Assembly: GCA_963726495.1 (NCBI GenBank)
Contig: CAVSCP010000009.1
Span: 157,112 to 221,111 of the forward strand
Origin: an uncultured Acidimicrobiales bacterium
GTDB taxonomy: Bacteria > Actinomycetota > Acidimicrobiia > Acidimicrobiales > DATKAS01
Direction: 5' to 3'
DNA length: 64,000 nucleotides
A program made the translations under genes and the position numbers. A model generated the notes under the pieces. It made no database searches. It had not been told where the DNA came from and worked only from the letters and a program-made list of their open reading frames with translations. Positions 22,864 to 34,006 of this stretch are shown here, piece by piece (positions within the stretch are counted from its first letter, which is position 1; each line of letters opens with the position of its first letter).

Positions 22864-23788
22864 CCGCTCGCAGCGGAGGATACACCTTCTCGACGGACCG
22901 GCAGAAGCGCTCGGGATCTTGCTGATCGGCCCACAGTGCGTAGAGCACCTCCCAGCTCTCGGCCGCGAGCCAGAAGTCACGCGCGTGGTCTCGACGCCGG
23001 TTCCGGTCGCCCCCATGACCCTTCGCCCCCGAAGGCTCGACGGCGAGACCGACCTCTGGCCAAGCGAGGTCGAGGTACGCGACTCGAGTGCCGCCGGTCT
23101 CGCACACCTTGTGCTGTCGCACGGGTGGAGGAAGCACCGAGCTCACGAGCAGACGCTCGACGAGCCGTTCGAACCAGCTGTCGGGCAACGCGCCCGAACG
23201 GTCAGGCAGGTCGAAGATGCGTCGCAAGGTCGCGGTGCCGCTCGGGCCGGGGCGATCGACCCGCGACAAGGTCTCCCGGATCCAACGCTCGCTGGCGCCC
23301 CGGCGCAGCGCGTCGTCGAGCGCTTGCTCGACCTTGTCTTGCGACGCGACCGCGCCGAGGTCGCACAGCGTTCGCGCGATGTTCGTGCAAGGGATGCCGT
23401 CCACCTTCGTGAGGTCGCATCGGTCGAGCACTGCAACGCGGTGGACGACATAGCCCGGCGCCCGAAGGTGTCGCTGCGAAACGACGCTCACATCGAGGAA
23501 GCCCGGTTGGAGCCCGTCGAGCTCGTGCAAAGCGCCCGCTGCCCGGAACGACGCCACGCCATCGCCCCGCGCGCTGAGGGTCGGGATGACGAGCTGTTGC
23601 CGCCATGTCTTCGGCGCGGCCGTGAACACGAGCACCCCAGGAATCGGTTCTGACAACACCCCGGACCGAATGCGCGCCGCGATCACCTTCGTGGACATCC
23701 CAAGTGAGGCGGCCTGGCGTCTGCCGAAAGCACTGTGTTGCGAGGCCGCAAGCGCAGCCACAGCGCGCTCGGCGCCGGCCGCATCCAT
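22853..23788 (-). CDS. AbiEi-type wHTH plus DUF559/Vsr-like endonuclease-fold protein
   Basis: N-terminal LAASQHSAF.RRQA..LG; middle GIPCTNIARTLCDL; C-terminal DSWFE...LPPPVRQ..V...YLDLAWPEVGLAVE.SG..GH...D.ARD..L...WEVL. Confidence 0.8.
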   Translation of the reverse strand: MDAAGAERAVAALAASQHSAFGRRQAASLGMSTKVIAARIRSGVLSEPIPGVLVFTAAPKTWRQQLVIPTLSARGDGVASFRAAGALHELDGLQPGFLDVSVVSQRHLRAPGYVVHRVAVLDRCDLTKVDGIPCTNIARTLCDLGAVASQDKVEQALDDALRRGASERWIRETLSRVDRPGPSGTATLRRIFDLPDRSGALPDSWFERLVERLLVSSVLPPPVRQHKVCETGGTRVAYLDLAWPEVGLAVEPSGAKGHGGDRNRRRDHARDFWLAAESWEVLYALWADQQDPERFCRSVEKVYPPLRAAVA

Positions 23789-23797
23789 GCACGTGTG

Positions 23798-23818
23798 AGC
23801 GTACGAAGGGGTGTGACA
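23798..23818 (-). promoter_or_regulatory. PafBC/RecA-NDp-like promoter motif (spacer 1 nt short)
   Basis: Minus strand TGTC-acaccccttcg-TACGCT (N11), 9 nt before the ATG. Confidence 0.5.
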
Positions 23819-23848
23819 TTTCCCGACAGACCGGTCAATGACCGGACC

Positions 23849-23964
23849 ACTTGTACCGGCAGACGCCCGAACGGGCATCCACAGGTACAAGTCGGCGGGA
23901 GGATTCGATCGGCCGCGACGACTTGAACCCGCAGACGCCCAAATGGGCACTCACCGGTACAAGT
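23849..23964. repeat. Two REP-like imperfect palindromes (44 bp, period 72 bp)
   Basis: ACTTGTACCGGCAGACGCCCGAACGGGCATCCACAGGTACAAGT at 23849-23892 and ACTTGAACCCGCAGACGCCCAAATGGGCACTCACCGGTACAAGT at 23921-23964. Confidence 0.85.
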
Positions 23965-24043
23965 GCCCGGCGGCGAGGGAGAACGGCGCTGCTGGAGGGG
24001 GAGCGCCTTGCGGGATGGACGTGTCGCAAGGGACCATGGCGCC

Positions 24044-24949
24044 GTGCCAGCCCCCGTGGTGCGCGCGTTCCACTACCGCGCGTTCGACCTGCCGCGCCTC
24101 GTCGAGGCCAAGCGCGAGACGACGATCTCGGTGTGCTTGCCCGCGCGCGACGAGGAGGACACGGTCGGCGAGATCGTCGAGCTGATCCAGCACGAGCTCG
24201 TGGAGCGGTGCCCGCTCGTCGACGAGATCCTCGTGATCGACGACCGCTCGATCGACGGCACCGCGAAGGTCGCGGCAGATGCAGGCGCCCGGGTCGTGAG
24301 CACCGAGGAGGTGCTGCCCGACTTCGACGACCTCGGCGGCAAGGGCGACGCGCTGTGGCGATCGGTGTTCGCTGCGGACGGCGACGTCATCGTCTGGTGC
24401 GACGCGGACATCCGCAACTTCGGCCCGCGGTTCGTCATCGGCCTCGTCGGTCCGCTGCTGATGCGCAACGACGTCGACTTCGTGAAGGGCTACTACGACC
24501 GCCCGCTCGACGGTCGCCATGGCGAGGGAGGACGAGTCACCGAGCTCGTCGCTCGGCCGCTCGTGTCGCTCCTCTTCCCGCACCTGTCGACGATCATCCA
24601 GCCGCTCGGAGGCGAGTACGCCGGGCGCCGCGAGATCCTCGAGCAGCTGCCCTTCGCGACGGGCTACGGCGTCGACCTCGCGCTGCTGATCGACATCAGC
24701 GCGCGGTTCGGGCTGGACTCGATCGCGCAGGTCGACCTCGGCACTCGCATCCACCGCAATCGCTCGCTGGATGAGCTGTCACCGCAGTCGATGGCGATCA
24801 TGCAGACGGTCTTGGCCCGCTCCGGCCTCACGCTGCCGCAAGGCCCGGCCCGGCCGCTCGTGCGCCCGGGATTCGAGCCCGTGCTGGTCGAGACGATCGA
24901 CCGGCCACCGCTCATCGAGCTCGCTGCCTACCGCCGACGCAGCGCCTGA
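24044..24949 (+). CDS. gpgS: Glucosyl-3-phosphoglycerate synthase
   Basis: ISVCLPARDEE.TVG, GKGDALW, DAD, VKGYYDRP, GGRVTELVARP, QPLGGEYAGRR, GYGVD, HRNRSL.EL..S. Confidence 0.88.
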   Translation: MPAPVVRAFHYRAFDLPRLVEAKRETTISVCLPARDEEDTVGEIVELIQHELVERCPLVDEILVIDDRSIDGTAKVAADAGARVVSTEEVLPDFDDLGGKGDALWRSVFAADGDVIVWCDADIRNFGPRFVIGLVGPLLMRNDVDFVKGYYDRPLDGRHGEGGRVTELVARPLVSLLFPHLSTIIQPLGGEYAGRREILEQLPFATGYGVDLALLIDISARFGLDSIAQVDLGTRIHRNRSLDELSPQSMAIMQTVLARSGLTLPQGPARPLVRPGFEPVLVETIDRPPLIELAAYRRRSA

Positions 24950-24970
24950 CCTCAGGGGTACGCTTCCCCC

Positions 24971-25183
24971 GTGGGTCAAGTCGAACCGCGCAAGCCGCAG
25001 CACCCGGAAAAGCCGTCGTTCCCCGCGGGGATGGTCGTCGTCGGAGTCCTCGCCGTGCTCGGCGCGCTCTGGCTGCTTCGCTTCGTCACCGGCCTGCTGT
25101 TCACCGGCGTGAAGCTCGCGTTGATCGGCATCGTCGTCTACGCCGCGGTGCGGCTGGCGATGGGCCCGCGCGACCGCCGCTAG
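24971..25183 (+). CDS. Small membrane protein
   Basis: Two hydrophobic segments; TACGCT 6 nt before GTG. Confidence 0.6.
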   Translation: MGQVEPRKPQHPEKPSFPAGMVVVGVLAVLGALWLLRFVTGLLFTGVKLALIGIVVYAAVRLAMGPRDRR

Positions 25184-25192
25184 CAACGGTCG

Positions 25193-26185
25193 CTAGCGCT
25201 TCAGCCGCTCGGCCACCACTTCTTCGATGCACACGACGGTGTCGGCCATCGCGCGCTCGCGCCCGAACCGTGCGACGAGCGACACCGCGTCGACACGCTC
25301 GTCGCAGCCGTCGAAGACCTCACCGGCGACGACGAGCGCGGGCACACCGAGTGAGGCCGCGAGGTCGACCACCCCGCCGACGACCTTCCCGTCGAACGAC
25401 TGCGCGTCGACGAACCCTTCGCCGGTGACGACGAGATCGGCGCCTTCGATCGCGTCGGCGAGGTCGGTCTCGTTCGCGACGAGCTCGAACCCCGAGACGA
25501 GCTGCGCACCGATCGCCGCAAGGCCGCCCGCGAGACCGCCCGCCGCGCCACTGCTCTCGATCTCACGCACGTCGACGCCGTAGTCCTCCAGGTAGATCTG
25601 CGCGAGGCGCTCGAGACGACGCCGCAGCAGCTCGACCTGCGCGGGAGTCGCGCCCTTCTGCGGGCCGAACACGGCAGCTGCGTCGACGAACAGGGTGCGC
25701 ACGTCGCAGGCGACCAACATCTCGATGCCGCGCAGCCGGGCCGGCGGGAACATCGCTCGCAGCGCGCCCAGGCCGCCGTCGGTCGTCGCCGAGCCGCCCA
25801 CTCCGACGATCACCCGGTTCGCTCCTGCCTCGAGCGCGGCCGCGATGAGCTCGCCGGTGCCGTGCGTCGACGCCGCCACGGGGTCGTTGCCCTCGGCGCC
25901 CCCGACGAGGGCAAGGCCCGACGCGCGCGCCATCTCGATGACCGCGGTGCGCTTCGTGAGCCTCCACTCGGCGTCGACCTGATCGCCGAGCGGACCCATC
26001 ACCGTGGTGCGACGGTTCGGGCCACCCAGCGCGTCGAGGGTGCCCTCGCCGCCGTCGGCCATCGGACGCGCGTCGCACTCGGCGCCGGTGCGCGCGGCAG
26101 CGCGACACACCGCGGCGGCAGCCTCGGCCGCGGTGGCGGTGCCCCGGAACTTGTCGATGGCGGCCACGACGCGCACGCCGCCCAT
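25193..26185 (-). CDS. Glycerate kinase (GlxK/GarK family)
   Basis: DKFRGT, ADGGEGT, IEMARASGL, GVGGSATTDGG, FGPQKGA, GAAGG, TGEG..D.QS..GK. Confidence 0.9.
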   Translation of the reverse strand: MGGVRVVAAIDKFRGTATAAEAAAAVCRAAARTGAECDARPMADGGEGTLDALGGPNRRTTVMGPLGDQVDAEWRLTKRTAVIEMARASGLALVGGAEGNDPVAASTHGTGELIAAALEAGANRVIVGVGGSATTDGGLGALRAMFPPARLRGIEMLVACDVRTLFVDAAAVFGPQKGATPAQVELLRRRLERLAQIYLEDYGVDVREIESSGAAGGLAGGLAAIGAQLVSGFELVANETDLADAIEGADLVVTGEGFVDAQSFDGKVVGGVVDLAASLGVPALVVAGEVFDGCDERVDAVSLVARFGRERAMADTVVCIEEVVAERLKR

Positions 26186-26193
26186 GGTCGCAC

Positions 26194-27105
26194 TCAGGCG
26201 GCCCCTGCATATGCGGCGGCGGTCTCGAGGTATCGATCGGCGATCTGGCGCACCGCTGCGTCGCGCGTCAGCTTTCCGGCGAGGAACCCTTCGAGGGCCG
26301 TCTGCCACAGCGTCCGCCCGACAGCGAACCCGTCGAACCCATGCACCGGAGCAGCGATCTTCAGCCACTCGATCACCTTGGGCTCGTCGGCCCCGCGCCC
26401 GAGCACCACGCACACGACGCCGTCGCGACCTCCCGATCGGGCCAGGTCAGCGACGCTCGCGCAGTCGCCTCGCTCGTCGAGGCCCTCGATCTTCCACACG
26501 TCCGGCTCGACGCCGGCGGCCTGCATCGCGCTCACGATCTCGAGGAGCAAGCGCGGTCGGATCTCCCGGTCGTAGCGGCCGTGGTCGCCGCCGCACTGCA
26601 CGAGCTGCGCGTCGGTGGGAGGAACCAGGAGCTCGAACAGGAAACGGCGGTCGCGTTCGTGGAGCCAGTCGCTGAGCCGATGCAGCCGCTCGGTCTGCCG
26701 AGCGTTCGTCGCCGCGTCGCCTTCCGGGTTGTAGCGCACCAGGACCTTGGCGAACGTGGGGTCGAACGCCTCGATGTGCGAGCCGAAGTCGTCGCCGTAC
26801 TCGAAGTCGAACTCGTCCTGTCCCGAGCGTTCGACGGGCATCGCGAGTGCGAACCCCGCGTCGATCGCGGCGCGCGCGACGGCGGCGCCGTACTCCTCGT
26901 CGACGAGCACTCCCGCGCCGTGACGCGGCGCGCCGTCTTCGACCGCCCGCACGAACGCCTCGTAGATGAGGTTCTTCGCGTCGACGATGCCCGCGTGCAC
27001 CCCAGCCGAGATCGGCGGAGTGGCGCCGAAGAGGCCCTTCTCGAACGACCCGCGGTGGTCGAACGCCATGAGGTAGAGCGGCTTGTCGTAACCGAGATGC
27101 GTCAC
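26194..27105 (-). CDS. DUF2090 / IolC C-terminal-like aldolase-fold protein
   Basis: LMAFDHRGSF, VLVDEEYG, MPVERSGQ.EF.FEYG, KVLVRYNP, FLFELLVP, DVWKIEG, LGRG, GFAVGRT. Confidence 0.8.
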   Translation of the reverse strand: MTHLGYDKPLYLMAFDHRGSFEKGLFGATPPISAGVHAGIVDAKNLIYEAFVRAVEDGAPRHGAGVLVDEEYGAAVARAAIDAGFALAMPVERSGQDEFDFEYGDDFGSHIEAFDPTFAKVLVRYNPEGDAATNARQTERLHRLSDWLHERDRRFLFELLVPPTDAQLVQCGGDHGRYDREIRPRLLLEIVSAMQAAGVEPDVWKIEGLDERGDCASVADLARSGGRDGVVCVVLGRGADEPKVIEWLKIAAPVHGFDGFAVGRTLWQTALEGFLAGKLTRDAAVRQIADRYLETAAAYAGAA

Positions 27106-27112
27106 GAATGCC

Positions 27113-28545
27113 TCACTCCGGGAGGCGCCACTGGAACGGCGCGATCAGCTGCTTGATCGACGGCGGGCCCCACGAACCAGGTGCATAGGACTCGACCGGC
27201 GCTCGGGTTGTCGAGCAGCGGCATCGAGATCTCCCACAGCCGCTCGATGCCGTCCGAGGTCGGTGAACAGCGCCTGGTCGCCGAGCATCGCGTTGAGGAT
27301 GAGCCGCTCGTAGCCCTCGAGGTTGTTCGCCGCGGCCCACGAGTCGGTGTACCGGAAGCGACATGTCGACCTCGGCGAGCTGCATGTGCGGGCCTGGTTC
27401 TTTGATGAGGAAGCTCGCGGTGATCGACCCGGGATCCTTGAAGTCGATCACGAGCTCGTTGCGACGGCTGCCGTGGGTCGCGGCGACGTTCACCGGGAAC
27501 ATCTTCAGCGCAGGACCGTGGAAGCCCATCGTGATGACCTGACGGCTCTCGGCGAGGCTCTTCCCCGTGCGCAGGTAGAAGGGCACGCCGTGCCAACGCC
27601 AGTTGTCGACGAAGACCTTCGCGGCGATGAACGTCTCGGTCTGGGAGCGCTTCGCCACCCCTGGCTCGTCTCGATAGCCCTTGTACTGACCTCGCACCAC
27701 CTGGGTCACATCGATCGGACGCATCGCGTCGAAGACCTTCGTCTTCTCGTCCCGTAGCGACTTCGCGCCGAGCGAGGACGGCGGTTCCATCGCGACGAAC
27801 CCGACGACCTGGAGCAGGTGCGTGACGATCATGTCGCGGTATGCGCCGGTCTTGTCGTAGAACTCGGCGCGTCCCTCGATGGACAGCGTCTCAGGAACGT
27901 CGATCTGCACGTAGCTGACGTGGTTGCGGTTCCAGATCGGCTCGAAGAGGCCGTTCGCGAAGCGGAAGGCGAGGATGTTGTCGATGGCCTCCTTCCCGAG
28001 GAAGTGGTCGATGCGGAAGATGCACGACTCGTCGAACACCTTGTGCACGGTCTCGTTGAGTGCGCGAGCGCTGGCGAGATCGGTGCCGAATGGCTTCTCG
28101 ATGATCACGTGCGCGTCCTCGTTCAGGCCGCACGCGCCGAGCATCCCGACGACCGACCCGAACGCGACGGGCGGGATCGCGAGGTGGTGCAAGAGACGCG
28201 GGTGACCGCCGATCGCGGCCTTCGCCTTCGCGACGGCCTCGAGGAGTGGCTTCGGGTTGTCCGGATCCGCGGCGCCGAAGTCGAGTGCGGCCTCGAACGT
28301 CTTCCACGTCTCGCCGGAGGGCTTCACGATGCCGAACTCGCGGATCGAGTCCTTCGCGTGCTTGCGGAACTGCGCGGGGGAGATGGCGAAGCTCGCAGGC
28401 GAGGTGCCGATGATGCGATAGCGCTTCGGCAGCAGTCCCGCGGACGCCAGGTGGTACAGGCCGGGGAGGAGCTTGCGCTTGGCGAGGTCGCCGGTGGCTC
28501 CGAAGAGCACGATCACGTGGTCGTCGGGGATGTCAGTTCGGTCAT
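27113..28545 (-). CDS. zwf: Glucose-6-phosphate dehydrogenase (indels near both ends)
   Basis: FGATGDLAKRKLLP, IEKPFG, RIDHFLGKE, RDMIVTHL, RWHGVPFYLRTGK. Confidence 0.93.
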
Positions 28546-28598
28546 GGTCGACTCACCGTTCTGTCAGGGAAGGGGCTGTCCGATAGGTTCCCGCAGTC

Positions 28599-29250
28599 AT
28601 GGCGACCGTGGAAGACGAGAAGCGGCTCGCCGCCGAGGCGTCGGCTGAGCTCGTGGAAGACGGGATGACCGTCGGGCTCGGCACGGGCTCGACGGTGGCG
28701 TACCTGTTGCCCGCGCTGGCCCGGCGAAAGCTCGACCTGCGCTGCGTCGCGACATCGCCTCGCACCGAGAAGGCCGCGACCGAGCTGGGCCTGCGAGTCG
28801 AGCCGTTCGACACGATCGATCGCTTCGACATGACGATCGACGGCGCGGACCAGATCGCGCCCGACGGCTGGCTCGTGAAGGGTGGAGGCGCCGCGCACAC
28901 GCGCGAGAAGCTCGTCGCGATCGCGGCCGATCGGTTCGTGGTCATCGCCGACTCGTCGAAGCCGGTGCCGGCGTTGCGCACTCCGGTGCCGCTCGAGCTG
29001 CTCGAGTTCGGCCTCGCGGCGACGCTTCGCCGCCTCGGGAACGTGACGTTGCGCGATGTGCCTCGTAGCCCCGACGGCGGCGTGATCGCGGACTACCACG
29101 GTGTGCTCACCGACCCGCAGGTCCTCGCCCTGCTGCTCGACTCGACTCCCGGCGTCGTCGACCACGGCCTCTTCCCGCCGTCGATGGTCGCGACGGTGAT
29201 CGTCGCCCGAGGCGACGAGATCGAGCATCGGGAGATCAGGCTCCATCTAG
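28599..29250 (+). CDS. rpiA: Ribose-5-phosphate isomerase A (end approximate; ORF reads through into pgi)
   Basis: [34 protein letters not shown]. Confidence 0.9.
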
Positions 29251-30872
29251 AGCTTGAGCGCGCGGTACTTGCGGATCAGCGCGTTCGTCGACGAGTCGTG
29301 GGTGAGGTTGGGCTCGTCCCCGCTCTCGAGCTCCGGAACGATCCGAGCCGCGAGGACCTTGCCGAGCTCGACCCCCCACTGGTCGAACGAGTCGATGTTC
29401 CAGATCACGCCCTGCGTGAAGACGCTGTGCTCGTAGAGCGCGATGAGCGCGCCGAGCACGTGCGGTGTCAGCACCTCGGCGAGGATCACGTTGGTCGGGC
29501 GATTGCCCTCCATCACGCGGTGCGGCACGACGCCTTCAGCCGTGCCCTCTTCGCGCACCTGCTGCTCGGTCTTGCCGAACGCGAGCGCTTCGGCTTGCGC
29601 GAAGACGTTCGACGACAGGATGTCGTGATGTGAGCCGATCGGGTTCAGCGACTTGCCGAACCCGATGAGGTCGACGGGGATGAGCTTCGTGCCCTGGTGG
29701 ATCAGCTGGTAGAAGCTGTGCTGCCCGTTCGTGCCGGGCTCACCCCAGTAGACCGCGCCCGTCTGATAGTCGACGTGCGTGCCCTCGATGGTGACGTGCT
29801 TGCCGTTCGACTCCATCGTCAGCTGCTGCAGGTACGCAGGGAACCGCTTGAGGTACTGCTCGTAGGGCATCACGCCGACGGTCTGCGCGTCGAAGAAGTC
29901 GCCGTACCAGAGCGCGAGCAAGCCCATGATCACGGGCAGGTTCTGCGCGAGCGGCGCCGTGCGGAAGTGCACGTCCATGTCGTGGAAGCCCGCCAGCATC
30001 TCCTTGAAGCCGTCGGGGCCGACCGCGAGCATCGTCGACAGGCCGATCGCCGAGTCCATCGAGTACCGACCACCGACCCAGTCCCAGAAGCCGAACATGT
30101 TGTCGGTGTCGATGCCGAACTCGGACACCTTCTCGGCGTTGGTCGAGACCGCGACGAAGTGCTTCGCGATCGCGGCCTCGTCGCCGAGCTGCTGCAACGC
30201 CCACGCTCGCGCGGAATGCGCGTTCGTGAGCGTCTCGAGCGTGGTGAACGTCTTGGACGAGATGATGAAGAGGGTCTCGTCCGCGGAGAGGTCGCGCGTG
30301 GCCTCGGCGAAGTCGGTCGAGTCGACGTTCGAGACGAAGCGGAACGTCATGTCGCGGCGCGTGTAGTGGCGGAGCGCCTCGTACGCCATCACGGGCCCGA
30401 GGTCGGACCCACCGATGCCGATGTTCACGACGTTCTTGATGGTCTTGCCGGTGTGCCCCTTCCAGTCACCGGACCGCACTCGGTCGCAGAACGCGCTCAT
30501 GCGGTCGAGCACCTCGTGCACCTGCGCCACGACGTCGACCCCGTCGACCATCAGCGACGTGCCCTTGGGCATCCGGAGCGCGACGTGCAGCACCGACCGG
30601 TTCTCGGAGACGTTGATGCGCTCGCCGGTGAACATCTTCTCGGTGTGCTCGCGGAGCCCCGACTCCTCGGCGAGCTGGATGAGCAGTCGCAGCGTCTCGT
30701 CAGTGATCCGGTTCTTCGAGTAGTCGAGGTAGAGCCCGATCGCCTCGACAGTCAGTCGCTCGCCGCGCCTCGCATCCGAGGCGAACAGATCGCGGAGATG
30801 GGTGCCTGCGATCTCGGCGTGGTGCTGCTCGAGCGCCTTCCAGGCCAGTCGGTCACGCAATCCTGTTGCCAT
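29247..30872 (-). CDS. pgi: Glucose-6-phosphate isomerase
   Basis: [50 protein letters not shown]. Confidence 0.96.
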   Translation of the reverse strand: MATGLRDRLAWKALEQHHAEIAGTHLRDLFASDARRGERLTVEAIGLYLDYSKNRITDETLRLLIQLAEESGLREHTEKMFTGERINVSENRSVLHVALRMPKGTSLMVDGVDVVAQVHEVLDRMSAFCDRVRSGDWKGHTGKTIKNVVNIGIGGSDLGPVMAYEALRHYTRRDMTFRFVSNVDSTDFAEATRDLSADETLFIISSKTFTTLETLTNAHSARAWALQQLGDEAAIAKHFVAVSTNAEKVSEFGIDTDNMFGFWDWVGGRYSMDSAIGLSTMLAVGPDGFKEMLAGFHDMDVHFRTAPLAQNLPVIMGLLALWYGDFFDAQTVGVMPYEQYLKRFPAYLQQLTMESNGKHVTIEGTHVDYQTGAVYWGEPGTNGQHSFYQLIHQGTKLIPVDLIGFGKSLNPIGSHHDILSSNVFAQAEALAFGKTEQQVREEGTAEGVVPHRVMEGNRPTNVILAEVLTPHVLGALIALYEHSVFTQGVIWNIDSFDQWGVELGKVLAARIVPELESGDEPNLTHDSSTNALIRKYRALKL

Positions 30873-31945
30873 CACGTCACCGCTGCGCTCTTCTGCTCGA
30901 TCGCGTGCATGAGGTCCATCCACGCGTCGACGAACGAGCGAGCCCCATCGGACTGCAGCTTCGCGGCGAGCGCCGTGAGGTCGACCCCGGCCGCTTCGAA
31001 CTTCTTGAACAGCTCGTCACAGTTGCCTCCGTCAGGAGGCAGCGGATCGCCCGCGTCGCCGTGGTCGTAGAACGCCTCGAGGGTCTTGTCGGGCATCGTG
31101 TTGATCGTGAACGGCGCCGCGAGGCCCTGCACGTAGAGCGTGTCGGGCGCGTTCGGGTCCTTCGTGCCGGTGCTCGCCCACAGCAGCCGCTGCATCTTCG
31201 CTCCCGAGTTCTCGAGCCGCAGCCATCGATCTGATGACTTCAGCTCTCGATACGCCCGGTACACGTCGAGGCCGATCGCGACGCCGAGGTCGTTCTTCAG
31301 GTCGTCGGGGACGCTCTCGCTCACCGACGAGTCCCATCGGGAGATGAACACCGATGCGACCGATCCGACGAACGGATCCTGGTTGTGCGCGACACGCCGC
31401 TCGATCCCCTTCATGTACGCGTCCGCGGCCGCCCGGTAGTGCCCCTCGTCGAAGAGGAGCGTCACGTTCACAGGCACGCCACTCGCAATGGCCTCCTCGA
31501 TCGCAGGGAGGCCCTCCTCGGTGCCCGGGATCTTGATGAACAGGTTGCGCCGGCCGGCACGAGCGCACAGGTCTTTCGCGGCAGCGACCGTCTTCTCGGT
31601 GTCGTATGCGAGCTCGGGCGAGACCTCGAGCGAGCACCACCCGTCGATGCCGTGCGTGCGCTCGTGGATGGGGAGGAACAGGTCAGCGGCGCGTTGGAGG
31701 TCCTCGATCGCGAGCTCGAAGAAGAGGTCCTCGCCCGAGAGCCCCGCCTTGGCCTTCTCGCGGATCGCGTCGTCGTAGTCGCCTGACTGGATCGCCTTGT
31801 CGAAGATCGAAGGGTTCGAAGTCAGCCCGGTGACCGAGTAGCGGTCGATGTACCGCTGGACGACGCCGTTGTCGAGCATCGATCGGGTGATGTTGTCGAG
31901 CCAAAGGCTCTGGCCCTGATCGTGGAGGGTCTCGGTCGCCTTCAT
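30872..31945 (-). CDS. tal: Transaldolase
   Basis: [45 protein letters not shown]. Confidence 0.95.
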   Translation of the reverse strand: MKATETLHDQGQSLWLDNITRSMLDNGVVQRYIDRYSVTGLTSNPSIFDKAIQSGDYDDAIREKAKAGLSGEDLFFELAIEDLQRAADLFLPIHERTHGIDGWCSLEVSPELAYDTEKTVAAAKDLCARAGRRNLFIKIPGTEEGLPAIEEAIASGVPVNVTLLFDEGHYRAAADAYMKGIERRVAHNQDPFVGSVASVFISRWDSSVSESVPDDLKNDLGVAIGLDVYRAYRELKSSDRWLRLENSGAKMQRLLWASTGTKDPNAPDTLYVQGLAAPFTINTMPDKTLEAFYDHGDAGDPLPPDGGNCDELFKKFEAAGVDLTALAAKLQSDGARSFVDAWMDLMHAIEQKSAAVT

Positions 31946-34006
31946 GCGCTGTCCTTTCCGGCTGCGACTCTCTGCGCGCGACCTGCGCCACGCGGTCAGG
32001 GGTGAAGCCGAACTTCTCGAGGAGGTGCTTCAGCGGCGCTGACGCACCGAACGTGTTCATGCCGATGACTGCCCCACCGTCACCGACGTACCGGTCCCAC
32101 CCCAATGTGGATGCTTGCTCGATCGCGACCCGCGCCTTCACCGAGGGCGGCAGCACCTCGTCGCGGTACTCCTTCGGCTGGCGGTCGAAGAGCTCCCAGC
32201 ACGGCATGCTCACGACGCGTGCCTGCAGGCCGCCTGCCGCGAGCTCGTCGCGCGCCTCGAGCGCGAGACCCACCTCGGAGCCGGTCGCGAGGAGGATGAC
32301 GTCGGGGTTGCCGTCGGGCGGGTCGGCGAGCACGTAGGCGCCCTTCGCGACGCCCGACGCCGGCGCGTACACCGTGCGATCGACCGTACGGAGGTTCTGC
32401 CGCGACAGGATCGAGCACCGCGGCCTCGTCGTGCAGGCCCATGAGGATCCGCCAGGTCTCGACGACTTCGTTCGCGTCGGCAGGCCGGAAGACCAACAGG
32501 CCCGGCATCGCACGAAGCGAGGCGAGCTGCTCGACGGGCTGATGGGTCGGGCCGTCCTCGCCGACACCGATCGAGTCGTGCGTGAAGATGTGCACGACGG
32601 GGATCTCCATGAGCGCGGAGAGCCGGATCGCGCCACGCGCGTAGTCGGAGAAGATGAGGAAGCCCGACCAGTACGAGCGGAGCTTCGTCAGTGCCATGCC
32701 GTTCGCGACCGCAGCCGACGCGTGCTCACGGACGCCGAGGTGGAGGTTGCGTCCGCCCCGGCTGTCGGCTTGGAAGTCGCCGGCTCCGTCGAACGTGAGG
32801 TTCGTCTTCGTCGACGGTGACAGGTCGGCAGAGCCACCGACGACCCACGGCACCGCCTGCGCGACGGCGTTGAGCACTCGGCCCGACGAGTCACGGCTCG
32901 CGATGCCCTTCTCGTCCGCGGGGAAGGTCGGCAGCGCGCTCTCCCAGCCCGTCGGGGAGCTCTCGGCGCTGGATGCGCTCGAGCTCGTCGGCCAGATCGG
33001 GGTACTCCACGCGGTACTTCTCGAACATGGTGTGCCACGCGTCGCGCGCCTCGCGCCCGGTCGCGCCGATGCCGGCCGCGAAGTGGTCGTAGACACCGTC
33101 GGGGATGTAGAAGTCCTCGTCCTCGGGGAAGCCGAAGAAGCGCTTCGTGGCCTTGCAGCCTTCGACTCCGAAGGGCTCACCGTGTGCCTTGGGCGAGTCC
33201 TCCACCGGCGAGCCGTAGCCGATGTGGCTGTGCACCACGATCAGGGTCGGGCGGTCGCGCTCGGCCTTGAACGTGTGGAACGCGCGCTTGATCGCGTCGA
33301 GGTCGTTCGCGTCGGCGACCGTCGTGACGTTCCAGCCGTACGCCATGAACCGAGCGGCGACATCCTCGGTGAACGCGATGTTCGTGTGCCCTTCGATCGT
33401 GACCCGGTTGGAGTCGTAGATCCAGCACAGGTTCGAGAGGCGCTGATGCGCGGCAAGCGACGCCGCTTCTGACGAGACGCCTTCCATCATGCAGCCGTCG
33501 CCCGCGAGGGCGTACACGTCGAAGTCGAAGATCGGGAAGCCCTCGCGGTTGTAGCGAGCACCGAGCCACTGCCCGGCGATCGCCATGCCCACCGACGTCG
33601 CGACGCCCTGGCCGAGCGGGCCTGTCGTCGTCTCGACACCGCTCGTCCACCGGTACTCGGGATGGCCCGGGCACTTCGAGTCGAGCTGACGGAAGGTCTT
33701 GAGGTCGTCGAGCGACACGGCGGGCTGTCCGAGGATCTCGTAGTCGGGATCGACGGCGCGCACGCCGGTGAGGTGGAGCAGCGACCAGAGCAACGCCGAC
33801 GCGTGGCCTTCGGAGAGCACGAAGCGATCGCGGTTCGGCCAGATCGGGTCTTGTGGGTCGAACCGCATCACGCGCTGCCACAAGGAGTACGCGACTGGCG
33901 CGATGCCCATCGGCGTGCCCGGGTGGCCCGAGTTCGCCTTCTGGATCGCGTCCATGCAGAGCGTGCGGATCGTGTTGATGGACAGCGTGTCCAGGTCGGG
34001 GGTCAC
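31942..34006 (-). CDS. tkt: Transketolase (indels near 32950, 32410 and the 3' end)
   Basis: DAIQKANSGHPG, NRDRFVLS.GH, TTGPLGQG, GDGCMMEG, GVREH, THDSIGVGEDGPTHQPVE. Confidence 0.95.

Noticed and set aside
22764-23964. CRISPR array
   Set aside because: Only two degenerate copies of each repeat, two different repeat families, and no cas genes.
28599-29633. RpiA with a long C-terminal extension
   Set aside because: The extension is antisense to pgi and similarity ends near 29250.
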